Below are positions 39,370 to 51,100 of a stretch of 64,000 nucleotides of DNA, piece after piece. The DNA comes from Clostridium sp. (GTDB lineage: Bacteria > Bacillota_I > Bacilli_A > RF39 > UBA660). The stretch covers positions 7,893 to 71,892 of the forward strand of contig JAMPDH010000002.1 in the NCBI GenBank assembly GCA_023665725.1, written 5' to 3'. Position 1 is the stretch's first letter; the number at the start of each line of letters is the position of its first letter. A program made the translations under genes and the position numbers. Under the pieces are notes generated by a model. The model was not told where the DNA came from, searched no databases, and was given only the letters and a program-made list of their open reading frames with translations.

Positions 39370-41357
39370 TATTTATCTAATTCCTTTATCAATTCTTCTT
39401 TATTCATCTTTGAATATCCTTTTATTTCCTTTTCTTTTGCCAAACCTTTTAACTCTTCCAAAGATAAATCTTTCAAAGATGCTGTTTCAAAATCACTTAA
39501 ATCTGTTTCATTGTCATCATCAGGCATACAGCCATGTGAAACTAAATAATCTATTTGTTCTTTAGTTATTGTTTCTCTTTCTATTAATACATCTGCAATT
39601 AATTTAAGTAAATCTTGATTTTCTTTTATTATTTTTTGTGCTTTTTTATAACATTCATCTATTATTTTTCTCATTTCTTGGTCTATTTCATAAGCTACTT
39701 GTGATGAGAAATTTCTGCTTTTATTATAATCTCTTCCTAAAAATACGCTGCCTTCATCTTGTGTTTCTAATTGAATTGGTCCTAGACTACTCATACCATA
39801 TTCAGTAACCATTGCGCGCGCAATCTTAGTTGCTTGTTGGAAATCATTATGTGCTCCTGTTGTAATCTCACCAAATATAAATTCTTCTGCAACACGACCG
39901 CCTAACAAACCTGTTATTCTTTCAAGTAATTCTTTCTTAGTAGAAGTAAATCTTTCCTCCTTAGGTTGCATCATAGTATATCCACCTGCATATCCTCTAG
40001 GAATTATAGTTATTTTTTGAACATCATTTGCTCCGTCTAGTTTAATCCCAATTACTGCATGACCAGATTCATGATAAGCAACTAATTTTTTATCATTTTC
40101 GGTATACTTCTTAGAAACTTTAGCTGGTCCCATAAGAACTCTATCCTGAGCCTCATCTACTTCTGACATAGTAATTGCCTTTTTACCACGCCTTACTGCA
40201 AGAAGCGCTGCTTCATTAAGTAAATTTTCCAAATCTGCGCCACTAAATCCTACAGTTCTAGAGGCAACATAATTCAAATTTACTCCTTTTGAAAAAATTT
40301 TATTTTCCGCATGAACTTTTAATATTTCTTCTCTTCCTTTGGCATCTGGCAAATTAACCTGTACTTGTCTATCAAATCTACCTGGTCTTAAAAGTGCTGG
40401 GTCTAATACATCTGGTCTATTCGTAGCGGCAATAATTATTATTCCTTCATTAGCTCCAAACCCATCCATTTCAGTAAGAAGTTGATTTAATGTTTGTTCT
40501 CTCTCATCATGTCCGCCACCTAAACCTGTTCCTCTTTGTCTACCAACAGCATCTATTTCATCAATAAATATTAAGCATGGAGCATTTTGTTTTGCTTGTT
40601 TAAACATATCTCTAACACGACTTGCTCCAACTCCGACAAATAATTCCACAAATTCAGAACCGCTTATATAAAAGAATGGCACATTTGCTTCCCCTGCAAC
40701 AGCACGTGCAAGAAGTGTTTTTCCTGTACCTGGAGGTCCAACAAGTAATACCCCTTTTGGAATTCTGGCACCCATTTGTTGAAATTTAGCAGGTTTTTTT
40801 AAGAAATCTATTAATTCAGCGACTTCTTGTTTTTCCTCAGTTAAACCCGCAACTTGTTTAAAAGTTACTTTTTTATTATTTTCATTTAAACGAGCACGAC
40901 TTTTTCCAAAATCCATTGATTTATTTGCACCGCCCATTTGTTTAGAAATAAATACAAATGCAACTATAAGCAAAATAACCATTGGTAATACATTTACAAT
41001 AAACATTAATATTGTACTAGAACCAGGATCTGCAACAGTATCCATACTAAATCCGTAATCTTTTTGTAAAGATAATAAATTAGTAATTATTTCGTCAGTT
41101 AACGGAAGTCTAAGCAAAAATGTTTCATTTTCCGAATATCCTGCCATTGTTCCTTGAATCTGATACAAACTTGATCTTGAATAAGGTGTAATAACAATTT
41201 TATCTACTTTTTTTTCTTCTACAGAACTTAAAAATTCTTGATAATCTATAACATTAACTTTTTGATTAGCAATATTAAAAAAATACAGAATTCCTAACAT
41301 TACTAAAAACAAAAATATATACGGTAATATTCCTTTTTTTACTGCTTTTTTATTCAC
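39369..41357 (-). CDS. ftsH: ATP-dependent zinc metalloprotease FtsH (with extra C-terminal helical tail)
   Basis: [35 protein letters not shown] zinc site. The C-terminal ~50 aa are acidic and then read [32 protein letters not shown]. Confidence 0.95.
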   Translation of the reverse strand: MNKKAVKKGILPYIFLFLVMLGILYFFNIANQKVNVIDYQEFLSSVEEKKVDKIVITPYSRSSLYQIQGTMAGYSENETFLLRLPLTDEIITNLLSLQKDYGFSMDTVADPGSSTILMFIVNVLPMVILLIVAFVFISKQMGGANKSMDFGKSRARLNENNKKVTFKQVAGLTEEKQEVAELIDFLKKPAKFQQMGARIPKGVLLVGPPGTGKTLLARAVAGEANVPFFYISGSEFVELFVGVGASRVRDMFKQAKQNAPCLIFIDEIDAVGRQRGTGLGGGHDEREQTLNQLLTEMDGFGANEGIIIIAATNRPDVLDPALLRPGRFDRQVQVNLPDAKGREEILKVHAENKIFSKGVNLNYVASRTVGFSGADLENLLNEAALLAVRRGKKAITMSEVDEAQDRVLMGPAKVSKKYTENDKKLVAYHESGHAVIGIKLDGANDVQKITIIPRGYAGGYTMMQPKEERFTSTKKELLERITGLLGGRVAEEFIFGEITTGAHNDFQQATKIARAMVTEYGMSSLGPIQLETQDEGSVFLGRDYNKSRNFSSQVAYEIDQEMRKIIDECYKKAQKIIKENQDLLKLIADVLIERETITKEQIDYLVSHGCMPDDDNETDLSDFETASLKDLSLEELKGLAKEKEIKGYSKMNKEELIKELDK

Positions 41358-41371
41358 AAAATCCTTCCTTT

Positions 41372-42697
41372 CTAATAATACCTTAGTATTATATCACATT
41401 TTTCATCTTTTGAACTATTAAATTTAGATTTTTTTAAACCTGGTATCCAAACAATATTATCGTTAGAATCCACTACTATTGGCCAAGTTCTCCTTGAGGA
41501 TAAATCTAATTTTGAATTTATAAATACTTCACTTACTTTTTTACTTTCATTCATACCTTTTATAATGATTTTATCACCATTTTTCTTATTTCTGACAAAT
41601 AAAGGTAATGTAACAGAATTAAAACTTAATCTGCATATATTATTATCATCTATATTAGATGAACTAATAACCTCAATTTTTCTACCATTTGGAAGATTTA
41701 CTAAGTTATTTATTTCATATTTATAATCATTTAGCTTTATTTCTTTTTCTACAAGTTCAAAAGAATTATATGATTTTATACCTTTAATTTTATTTGGTAA
41801 ACTAATATTTCCATTTGGTTTATTTGATATAATTAAGTTGTATATAGAGTTTACATGCTTATCTGTTAAAAGTGAAACATTGTTTATATATACCTTTTCT
41901 AGTAATAAATATATTAATCTTTTACATATTACATGTTCTAATTTTAAAAATTCATCTATTTTAATTATATTATTTTCTATAACTTTATTTTTAACTTTTT
42001 CAACTTGTTTTTCTATAAATTCTTCATTTTCTAATAAAAGAGTGCTGAACTTATAAAATTTACTATATATATTGTTATCTTCCTTTTTTAATAAAGGTAT
42101 TATATATTTTCTAAATCTATTTCTTGTATATACATCTTTAAAATTAGAATTATCTTGAACATATTCAATCTCATTTTTTGCAGCATAATCATATATATTA
42201 TCTTTGTTAACATTGATTAAAGGTCTATATAATATATAATCTTTTTTATATGTTTTTTTACCAAATCCACCATATCCTTTAAATGTAGTTCCTCTTACTA
42301 TACGCATAAGAATTGTTTCAATTAAATCATCAGCATGATGTGCAGTTAATAAGTATTTTGATTTATATTTATTTACCATATCTTCAAAAAAATTATATCT
42401 TATATTTCTAGCCTCATTATGAAAATTATCGTTACCATAACTTTCAATTTTCATATATTCAAATATAACTCCATTCCTTTTACAATATTCTTCTACAAAA
42501 ATTTTTTCCTCTGCACTTTCTTCTCTTACATTATGATTAACATGGCAACATACAATTTTTAATTTTATTTCATCTTTTAATTTTACTAATAAGTCAAGCA
42601 AAGACATTGAATCTACCCCACCAGATACTGCAACCACTATATATTGATTACTAGAGGATAATAATTCTTTCTTTAAATCTTTATATACTTCTTTCAT
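41372..42697 (-). CDS. tilS: tRNA(Ile)-lysidine synthetase
   Basis: PP-loop VAVSGGVDSMSLL ... conserved C-terminal domain ...WPIVVDSNDNIVWIPG. Confidence 0.9.
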   Translation of the reverse strand: MKEVYKDLKKELLSSSNQYIVVAVSGGVDSMSLLDLLVKLKDEIKLKIVCCHVNHNVREESAEEKIFVEEYCKRNGVIFEYMKIESYGNDNFHNEARNIRYNFFEDMVNKYKSKYLLTAHHADDLIETILMRIVRGTTFKGYGGFGKKTYKKDYILYRPLINVNKDNIYDYAAKNEIEYVQDNSNFKDVYTRNRFRKYIIPLLKKEDNNIYSKFYKFSTLLLENEEFIEKQVEKVKNKVIENNIIKIDEFLKLEHVICKRLIYLLLEKVYINNVSLLTDKHVNSIYNLIISNKPNGNISLPNKIKGIKSYNSFELVEKEIKLNDYKYEINNLVNLPNGRKIEVISSSNIDDNNICRLSFNSVTLPLFVRNKKNGDKIIIKGMNESKKVSEVFINSKLDLSSRRTWPIVVDSNDNIVWIPGLKKSKFNSSKDEKCDIILRYY

Positions 42698-42701
42698 ATA
42701 C

Positions 42702-43352
42702 TCACCACCTTATTGGTTCAATTCCATTCTTTATTAAAATTTCATTTGTTCTAGAAAATGGTTTACTGCCAAAAAAACCTCTATTTGCGGACAAAGGGGA
42801 AGGATGTGCAGATTCTATAATATAATGTTTTGGATTAGTTATCAAGCTTTTTTTGCTTCTTGCATAGCTTCCCCATAAAATATAAACAACTGTAGTTTGT
42901 TTTTCATTTATCTTTTTTATTATAGAATCCGTAAATATTTCCCATCCCTTTTCTCTATGTGAAAGTGGTGTATCCTTTACTACCGTCATAACACTGTTTA
43001 ATAAAAGTACACCTTGATTCGCCCAATCAGTTAATTCATTATTTTTACGAATAATTCTTAAATCTGAATATAATTCTTTTAAAATATTATTTAAAGAAGG
43101 TGGTCTTGTAACATTATTTCTAACAGAAAAGCAAAACCCGTGAGCTTCATTTTCACCATGATATGGATCTTGGCCTAAAATAACAACCTTTACATCTTCA
43201 TAATTTGTATGTAATAGTGCATTAAATATTTCTTCCTTTTTTGGATAGCATATTTTTGTATTATACTCATTTTTTAAAAAACTTCTAAGTTTTTTAAAAT
43301 AATCTTTATTATATTCATCTTTTAAAATTAAATCCCAATTCTTTGTAACCAT
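42702..43352 (-). CDS. ung: uracil-DNA glycosylase (family 1)
   Basis: VVILGQDPYHG ... AHPSPLSA. The start is trimmed to ATG at 43352 (MVTKNWD). Confidence 0.92.
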   Translation of the reverse strand: MVTKNWDLILKDEYNKDYFKKLRSFLKNEYNTKICYPKKEEIFNALLHTNYEDVKVVILGQDPYHGENEAHGFCFSVRNNVTRPPSLNNILKELYSDLRIIRKNNELTDWANQGVLLLNSVMTVVKDTPLSHREKGWEIFTDSIIKKINEKQTTVVYILWGSYARSKKSLITNPKHYIIESAHPSPLSANRGFFGSKPFSRTNEILIKNGIEPIRW

Positions 43353-43381
43353 TTTTACCACCAAAATATATTTTAACACAA

Positions 43382-44677
43382 CTACCGAGATTTATTAACA
43401 TAATCTAGTATTTTTTGTTTAAGTCTTAAAATAGCATATGTATTAATTATTATCAAAAATGCTACTATGATATCAACAAATCCCCATAAAAACGAAGATG
43501 AGATTATACAACCCATAAATACAATTATACACGTTATAATTTTTAAAATTAATATTTTAAATTTATTTACATTTCCAAAATATTTTAAACAAGATTCACC
43601 ATAATAATAGGCTGTCGTAACAGTCGAAAATGAAAATAATATTATAGATACAGTTAAAATAATATTTCCAAATGAACCAAAATGATAAATAAATGCATGC
43701 TTTGTTAATTCTATCCCATTAATATCAAATCCATTAACTGTTAAATAATCACTTGTTAAAACTATAATGGCCGTTGAAATACAAATTATAAAAGTAGTAA
43801 TATAAATTCCTAACATTTGAATATATCCTTGCTTAATTAAATTATTTGATGTAGAGGATGTAGATACAATACTACTTGTTCCAATCCCAGCTTCATTTGA
43901 AAATATCCCTCTTTGTATTCCAATTAAAAAACCAGATAGAAACCCACTAAAAAATGGTTTAAAATTAAATGCCTCTCTTACAACATTTAATAATATTGAA
44001 GGTATATCACTTATATTTTGGAAAAAAACTACCAAAGACGCTATTATATATATAATTGTCATAAATGGGACAATAAAACTGGAAAAACGTGCAATTTTAG
44101 ATAAACCCCCATAAATTATCAAAAAAGTAATCACAGATAATATAATACCAAGTAACACTGGATTTACCCCTACCAAGCTTTTTGATATAGTATTTGATTG
44201 AATTCCTACAAAAAAAATTATATAACCTATTATTATTAAAATTGCATACAAAGCCCCTAGTTTTTTATTATTTAATCCATTTTTTATATAATAAGAAGGA
44301 CCACCTTTATATTGCTTTTTTTCATCATGCTCTTTGTAAATCCCGCCTAATATAATTTCACAAAAAGTATTTGTAGAACATAAAAACACAGTTGCTACAA
44401 GCCAAAATATAGAGCCAATTCCACCCATATATATAGCAAGAGAAACTCCCGCTATACTTCCCACACCCATTCTCCCAGCAAGAGAAATCATAAGCACTTG
44501 AAAATTAGATATGCCATCAACTTCCTTGTTTTTTTTTAAAGATTTGAACATATCTTTAAATCTAAATTGTATTCCTTTTAGCTTAAATGTAAAATATATA
44601 CTTGAAATCAATATTAGAATAGTAGCAATGAACCAAATAGTTTTAATAATATATTGCATATAATCACCTAAAAACAT
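43382..44677 (-). CDS. alanine/glycine:cation symporter (AGCS) family transporter
   Basis: Polytopic protein of ~430 aa. ...ISLAGRMGVGSIAGVSLAIYMGGIGSIFWLVA... and ...GIFSNEAGIGTSS... resemble AGCS motifs. Confidence 0.65.
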   Translation of the reverse strand: MFLGDYMQYIIKTIWFIATILILISSIYFTFKLKGIQFRFKDMFKSLKKNKEVDGISNFQVLMISLAGRMGVGSIAGVSLAIYMGGIGSIFWLVATVFLCSTNTFCEIILGGIYKEHDEKKQYKGGPSYYIKNGLNNKKLGALYAILIIIGYIIFFVGIQSNTISKSLVGVNPVLLGIILSVITFLIIYGGLSKIARFSSFIVPFMTIIYIIASLVVFFQNISDIPSILLNVVREAFNFKPFFSGFLSGFLIGIQRGIFSNEAGIGTSSIVSTSSTSNNLIKQGYIQMLGIYITTFIICISTAIIVLTSDYLTVNGFDINGIELTKHAFIYHFGSFGNIILTVSIILFSFSTVTTAYYYGESCLKYFGNVNKFKILILKIITCIIVFMGCIISSSFLWGFVDIIVAFLIIINTYAILRLKQKILDYVNKSR

Positions 44678-44711
44678 TATAAAACTTTACTTTGTCTTAT
44701 AATGTCTTTTT

Positions 44712-45542
44712 TTATAAACTATTAGCTATATCAACAAATATTTCTAAAGATAATTGTTCTGCTCGAGCATTTAAATCAAAATTATAGTTTTTTAAAATAC
44801 TTTCTATTATATCTAAATCATAGTTTTTTAAATTATTTCTCAAATTTTTTCTTTTTTGTGCAAAACTATCTTTTATTAAATTAAAAAATTTTTCTTCATC
44901 TTTTAAAATATATAATTTTTCCTTTTTAACAAATTCAACAACGATGCTATCAACATTTGGTTTTGGCATAAACACATTTTTGCTTATATCCATTATTTTC
45001 TTTATATCATAATAATAACTTAAGAATACAGATAATGAACCATAATCTCTTGTCCCTGGTTTTGCTTTAAATCTATTTCCTACTTCTTTTTGAACCATAA
45101 CAACTATTTTATCTACATCTATTTTATCCATTATTAACTTCATAATAATTGGTGTAGTTATATAATATGGTAAATTAGAAATAACATAAAGTTTTTTATA
45201 ATCATATTTTTCTATATCTTTCTTTAGTGACGCTGTTAAAAAATCTCCATAAATTACTTCTAAATTAGAAAATTCGCCCAAATTTGCATCAAGAACACCT
45301 TTTAACTCTTTATCTATTTCATAGCACAACACATTTTTTGCCTGTTCCAAAAGTTTTGAAGTTAATGAACCACTGCCTGGACCTATTTCAATAACCAAAG
45401 TTTCTTTATCTATACATGATTTTGAAACAATATTTTTTACTATATTTTCATCTATTATAAAATTTTGACCAAATTTTTTCTTAAAATTAAAATTATTTTG
45501 TTCCAATAAATTAGACATTTGTTTTGGAGAATATTCCACCAT
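44712..45542 (-). CDS. rsmA: 16S rRNA (adenine1518/1519-N6)-dimethyltransferase
   Basis: KKKFGQNFIIDENIV ... EIGPGSGSLT ... SNLPYYITTPI. Confidence 0.93.
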   Translation of the reverse strand: MVEYSPKQMSNLLEQNNFNFKKKFGQNFIIDENIVKNIVSKSCIDKETLVIEIGPGSGSLTSKLLEQAKNVLCYEIDKELKGVLDANLGEFSNLEVIYGDFLTASLKKDIEKYDYKKLYVISNLPYYITTPIIMKLIMDKIDVDKIVVMVQKEVGNRFKAKPGTRDYGSLSVFLSYYYDIKKIMDISKNVFMPKPNVDSIVVEFVKKEKLYILKDEEKFFNLIKDSFAQKRKNLRNNLKNYDLDIIESILKNYNFDLNARAEQLSLEIFVDIANSL

Positions 45543-45640
45543 ACCACCTCTTATATAAAATAATATATATTTTTTAATAAAAATTTTTAATTATCTAAAT
45601 TATAAATTATTAAAACTAAATAATCAACAAAAACAGGACT

Positions 45641-46333
45641 TTACCAGCCCCATCTTTTTACATCTATTTCTACTGTACCACTTTTATCTGTAATATTATA
45701 AATATCCGGATCGCTTTGAGTTTGAAATGCTATATCCAATACAATTCTTCCTTCATTTTTCCATGCAAATCTAAGAGCAGAGCCTGTATCTAACACAATT
45801 CCTCTTACATTTTCATTTTTAAGTTTTACATCTAAAACCGTACCACATTCAAAAAGCGACGTATCTGCAGCTATAATTCTTAATTCACCGTAAGAACTAT
45901 CCGTATAATATTCTCCCGAATTTAGAAGACTATAAGTTCCCTCGGGGGTCCTACAACTAACATTTCCAGAACATCCAAGACAATCTCCACCATAACCTGT
46001 CACGCTTCCTTTATATGATGTCTTTGCTCCTGTCCCAATTTCTACGACCTCATTAATAGGTTCTCTAAGCAATATATTTTCTCCATTAACATTATATGTT
46101 AATCCAACTTCTCCCTGAGTTATAATATTTGTTGTATTTACTGGTAAGTTGCTATTATATTTTATAACTTTATCATAATCTTTATATTCTACTACATAGT
46201 CTAAACTTCCGCTGCTAACATTATTTTCTACTATTAATGTATCTATTGATTTACTATCAATAAACAAGGGACTTAATATTACATAAAGTATTGCCAACCA
46301 TTCCTTTAGTATTTGTATAAGGCATAAACTCAT
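45641..46333 (-). CDS. YabE-like cell-wall protein (G5-like plus 3D/RlpA-like domains)
   Basis: Signal anchor, a G5-like segment (...ITQGEVGLTYNVNGENILLREPINEVVEIGTG), and a C-terminal TGYGGDC...IIAADTSLFECGTVLDV...VLDTGSA resembling 3D domains. It occupies the yabD-yabE-ksgA position seen in B. subtilis. Confidence 0.5.
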   Translation of the reverse strand: MSLCLIQILKEWLAILYVILSPLFIDSKSIDTLIVENNVSSGSLDYVVEYKDYDKVIKYNSNLPVNTTNIITQGEVGLTYNVNGENILLREPINEVVEIGTGAKTSYKGSVTGYGGDCLGCSGNVSCRTPEGTYSLLNSGEYYTDSSYGELRIIAADTSLFECGTVLDVKLKNENVRGIVLDTGSALRFAWKNEGRIVLDIAFQTQSDPDIYNITDKSGTVEIDVKRWGW

Positions 46334-46375
46334 CTTTTCACCTCTTCAATATAATTTACTCCCCAATAAAGCATA

Positions 46376-47143
46376 TCATATTGTGATTTTTAAGTCAAAT
46401 TGACTACATGCATTAATTGTCGTGCTTTTTAACACATTATCTAAACTTATACATTTTAATTTACTTATTTCTTCAGCTACATATATAGTATTATATGGCT
46501 CATTTCTTAATCCTCGTAATGGTTCAGGAGAAAGATATGGGCTATCGGTTTCTAATAAAAGATACTCTATAGGAATATTTCTAACCACTTCTTTTAATTT
46601 AGAAGAATTTTTAAATGTTACAACTCCTCCAATACCGAGCATACAGTTAATATCTATAAATTTATATGCCATTTCAATACTATAACTATAACAATGTACA
46701 ACCTTTTTTAAATCATTATAATCTTTTAATATTTCATATGTGTCTAAAGCAGCATCTCGGCTATGAATTACAACAGTCTTATTATATTTTCTAGCTAGTT
46801 CCAATTGCTTAATAAATAAAGATTTTTGAGCTTCTTTATCAATATTTGGATAATGGTAATCTAACCCTATTTCACCTATACCAACAATTTTAGGATTTTT
46901 AATATTCTCCTCTATTTTTATTAATGCATTACATATTTGATCAGAATCTAGACATGAATATTCAGGATGGATTCCAATAGTACCATATATGTTTGGATAA
47001 TTTAGACATAAATTTATTGTTTCTAAATTAGTGTTGTTGTCAACACCACTTGCTATAATTATATTATTTCCCATGTGATTTATTACTTGTTTCAAATCAT
47101 CATAATCTTTACTATCTAGATGACAATGTGTATCTATTCTCAT
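46376..47143 (-). CDS. tatD: TatD-family metal-dependent DNase/hydrolase
   Basis: MRIDTHCHLD ... GEIGLDYHY ... VIHSRDA ... ETDSPYL. Confidence 0.9.
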   Translation of the reverse strand: MRIDTHCHLDSKDYDDLKQVINHMGNNIIIASGVDNNTNLETINLCLNYPNIYGTIGIHPEYSCLDSDQICNALIKIEENIKNPKIVGIGEIGLDYHYPNIDKEAQKSLFIKQLELARKYNKTVVIHSRDAALDTYEILKDYNDLKKVVHCYSYSIEMAYKFIDINCMLGIGGVVTFKNSSKLKEVVRNIPIEYLLLETDSPYLSPEPLRGLRNEPYNTIYVAEEISKLKCISLDNVLKSTTINACSQFDLKITI

Positions 47144-47184
47144 TTTATCACCAAAAAAATTATATCATTTAACGATATAATTTT

Positions 47185-47382
47185 CTATTGTTTTCTTATT
47201 ATAAAATATCTAATTGTAAATATTACTATTATAAACAAATATATTGCATCAATATAATTAAAATTTACTATTACATTTATAACGAATAACACAAATAAAA
47301 TAATATAAATTGGGACTACATACTTCGCTGCATTATTACCTCGTTCCAATTTTATTAACTCCTCTCTCCTTTTTAAGAACAA
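47185..47382 (-). CDS. hypothetical small membrane protein
   Basis: ORF of ~53-65 aa with two hydrophobic segments and a strong AAAGGAGAGAGGAG Shine-Dalgarno. The start codon is uncertain (TTG candidates). I recognise no family. Confidence 0.35.
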   Translation of the reverse strand: MFLKRREELIKLERGNNAAKYVVPIYIILFVLFVINVIVNFNYIDAIYLFIIVIFTIRYFIIRKQ

Positions 47383-47523
47383 ATCTAATATAACATACGC
47401 TTAAACTAACAACAATATATAAATCCAATTTTTTGACGACAATTTACATCAATTTACACATTTTTGTGTCAAAAATTGACATTTTTATACAAGAAAGGAG
47501 TTCGAGAAATATTTATCTTTACT

Positions 47524-48054
47524 TCAATTAGTATCAACTTGTGTTTCTAGTATTTTTGCGATTATATTACCTATTTCTAGGATAGTATCTGGATTTTTAA
47601 AATTAATAAATACTAATAATCCATATACATCCCCATAAGTTATAATAGGCATAATTAAATAATTAGTTGTATTAACTTTCCCTGACTTAATTATTTCAAT
47701 TTCATTAGCTGTTTCTTCTATAATTTGCTTTTTATTTTTTAAACAATCTAGTAAAAATAAACTTATTTCTTGATTTATAAAATTTTTTTTATTTAATCCA
47801 GAATATGATATTATTTTGCCACTATCAGTAACAAAAATATCGCATTTATATATGCTATTTATTATGTCTATTACACTTTGAATATAATTTGAAATTGATG
47901 ATAAACTGGAGAATTTTTTAAGTATTATTTTATCATTTTCTATATAAATTTCTACCATATCATTTTCTATTATTCTTAAAGATTTTCTAACTTCTTTTGG
48001 TATTACTATGCGACCTAAATTATCTATTCTTCTGACTATACCTGTTGTTTTCAT
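47524..48054 (-). CDS. spoVT: stage V sporulation transcription regulator SpoVT (AbrB-type N-domain plus GAF-like C-domain)
   Basis: MKTTGIVRRIDNLGRIVIPKEVRKSLRI swapped-hairpin domain plus a ~125-aa C-terminal domain. It lies immediately after mfd, as in B. subtilis. The start is trimmed to 48054. Confidence 0.8.
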   Translation of the reverse strand: MKTTGIVRRIDNLGRIVIPKEVRKSLRIIENDMVEIYIENDKIILKKFSSLSSISNYIQSVIDIINSIYKCDIFVTDSGKIISYSGLNKKNFINQEISLFLLDCLKNKKQIIEETANEIEIIKSGKVNTTNYLIMPIITYGDVYGLLVFINFKNPDTILEIGNIIAKILETQVDTN

Positions 48055-48113
48055 AAACACCTCACCATTCATTATTAGTTTGGTATCTATGATTTTTTTT
48101 ATTCACATTTATA

Positions 48114-51100
48114 CTAATTTATAAGACTTTTAATAACTTCACATAAATCTATTAAATAAAATATATAATTTTTATCTAATTTAACTGTATCTAATACTAT
48201 CGATAAATTTTTATTTTTCATACTAAATCTAAACATACGTGTTAATTCACTTGCCTTAAAAAATAACTGTTCTATATTTATCTTTTGACAAAGTATTGGC
48301 GGTAAAAGAACCTCTATATAATTTTTTGTTTGATTTAGTTTTTCTATTCCAAGTTCACGTGCCTTTTTTTCAAATAATTCTTCATGCATATAGATATTCA
48401 TTTCTTCACTTAAATGCCCAAATCGATCTTCTATTTGGGATTTTACTTTTTCTAAGGTTTGATAAGAATCAATACTGTTAATCATTTTATGTATCTCAAT
48501 TTTTAGTGATTCTGAGGAAACATAATCATCAGAGATGCTTGTAGATACATCAAGGAGTGGCGTACTTGGAATATTCTCGAATGAATTAACTTTTTCTCCT
48601 TTTTTCCTACTTATTTCATCATTTAACATACTTAAAAATAATTCAACTCCTACTGAATTCACAAAGCCAGCCTGTTCGCTACCTAAAATATCTCCTGCAC
48701 CTCTTATAGAAAGATCTCTTACAGCTATAGAAAAACCACTCCCCAATTCCGTAAACTCTTTTATTGCATTAAGCCTTTTTATCGCAACTTCTGATAAAAC
48801 TTTATACTTATCATACATTAAATAGCAATATGCAATTTTATTGCTTCTCCCCACTCTACCTCTCAATTGATATAACTGTGATAATCCAAATTTATCTGCA
48901 TCAAATACAATTAAAGTATTTGCATTTTGAATATCTATACCCGATTCTATTATTGTTGTACACAACAATACATCATACACTCTATTTATAAAATCTAACA
49001 TTACCTTTTCTATATCATTTTTGTTCATTTTACCATGTATATAGGCGATTTTAGCATCAGGAACTAACTTGCTTAATTCAAACAATTTTTTTTCTATTGA
49101 AATGACGCTATTATAAAGTATAAATACCTGACCATTTCTAGATAATTCTTTATAAATTGCTTCTTTAATTATATGGTCGTTTTGTGAAATCACATAAGTT
49201 TGCACTGGATACCGATCAATAGGGGGAGTTTCTAAGAGTGATAAACTTCTTAAACCAGACATAGACATTTGTAAAGTCCTTGGTATTGGCGTTGCAGACA
49301 AAGTTAGCACATCTATATTATTTTTAAACGATTTTATTTTTTCCTTATGTTTTACTCCAAAACGTTGTTCTTCATCTATTATAAGTAATCCTAATTTTTT
49401 AAAATTTATATCACTACTTAAAACTCTGTGGGTTCCTATAACAAAATCAACACGTCCTGTAGACAAATCTTCTAATATTTTTTTTGTTTCTTTAGTAGTT
49501 GTAAACCTATTCAAAAGTCTTATATTAATAGCAAATGATGAAAATCTATTTAAAGCTGTATTAAAATGTTGACTAGATAATATTGTAGTTGGACATAACA
49601 TAGCAACTTGATAACCTGAAATTATAGCTTTAAATGCGGCGCGAAATGCAATTTCAGTTTTACCATAACCAACATCTCCACACACTAATCTATCCATTGG
49701 TTTAAAACTTTCCATATCCTTTTTAATTTCTTCAGTTACTCTTAATTGATCCAGTGTTTCATTATATTGAAATAACTTTTCAAATTCTATTTGTTCTTTA
49801 CTATCGGAATCAAACTTTATTCCATATGAGGATTCTCTTTCAGCATATAATTTCAATAAATCTTCTGCTATAGACTCTACTTTTTTTCTTACTTTTAACT
49901 TTGTCTTAGCCCATTCAGTACTACCTAACTTATTTATTTTAGGTTCTAAACCTTCATTTGCAGAATACTTATTTATTAATTCGATTTTTTCAACAGGGAC
50001 ATATAATTTATCTCCATCTTTATATTCTAATTCTAAATAATCCTTTTTAAATGATCCTTTCGTTAAAGACTTAATACCAAGGTATCTTCCTATACCATGC
50101 GCATAATGAACGATATAATCACCTACATTTAATTTATTTATATCATGTATTTTTGAACCTATAGTAAAATGAGATTTATACTTTATATCATCATTTTTTT
50201 TATTATATATTTCGCTTTCGGATATAAATATATAATTATTGCACTCGAATCCATTTTTTAAATTTTTAATTATTACATTAATTTTATTCTGCATAATTTC
50301 ATTTTCACTTGTAAAAATAATAAATTCATTTTCCATGTTATCTAAAAACTTATTAACCTTAAATCTATCCGAAAAACATATTATAACTGTTTTATTATTA
50401 TTAATATATCCTAATAATCTTTTATTTATTTCATCTATTGTTCCTTTAAAATTTTCAATTTCCTTACTTTGGTAAACTTCGCTCAATGAATCATGAATAG
50501 CATTATCAAAATTAATAAAATTTTTAAATTCTTTTATATTTATATCATTAAAATTATTCATATAATTATAATTTTGATTAATACTTAAATTATAATTATA
50601 TACTTCAGCTTCTAAGTCATTTTTACTTTCAATAATTGCATCATAATCATTAAAAAAAACAAATGGTTTATTCATGAAACCATATATATTAGTTGGTTCT
50701 ATGTAACTTGGTAGCATTCTTTGTGATATTTTATCCGTATCTATAATACTATTGATTAGAAATTCTGTATTTGGATATATGACAATGCTTTCGATTTTTC
50801 TGATTGTCAGCTGAGTATTAATATCAAATTCTCTTATATTGTCTATTTCATCTCCCCAATATTCTAATCTAATGGGATTTTTTTCAGATATTGGAAAAAC
50901 ATCTATAATATACCCCCTTGACGCAAATGAACCTGTTTTTTCTACTACAGAGTCATTCATATATCCAATCGAAATAAGTTTTTCAATTAAAGTATCCTTG
51001 TTATACTGTAAACCTGTAAATAGTTCTATTTTAGACGATAAAAATATATCGTTAGTTGGCAAATACCTAAGATATCCCATTAAATTTGTAATAACAATTT

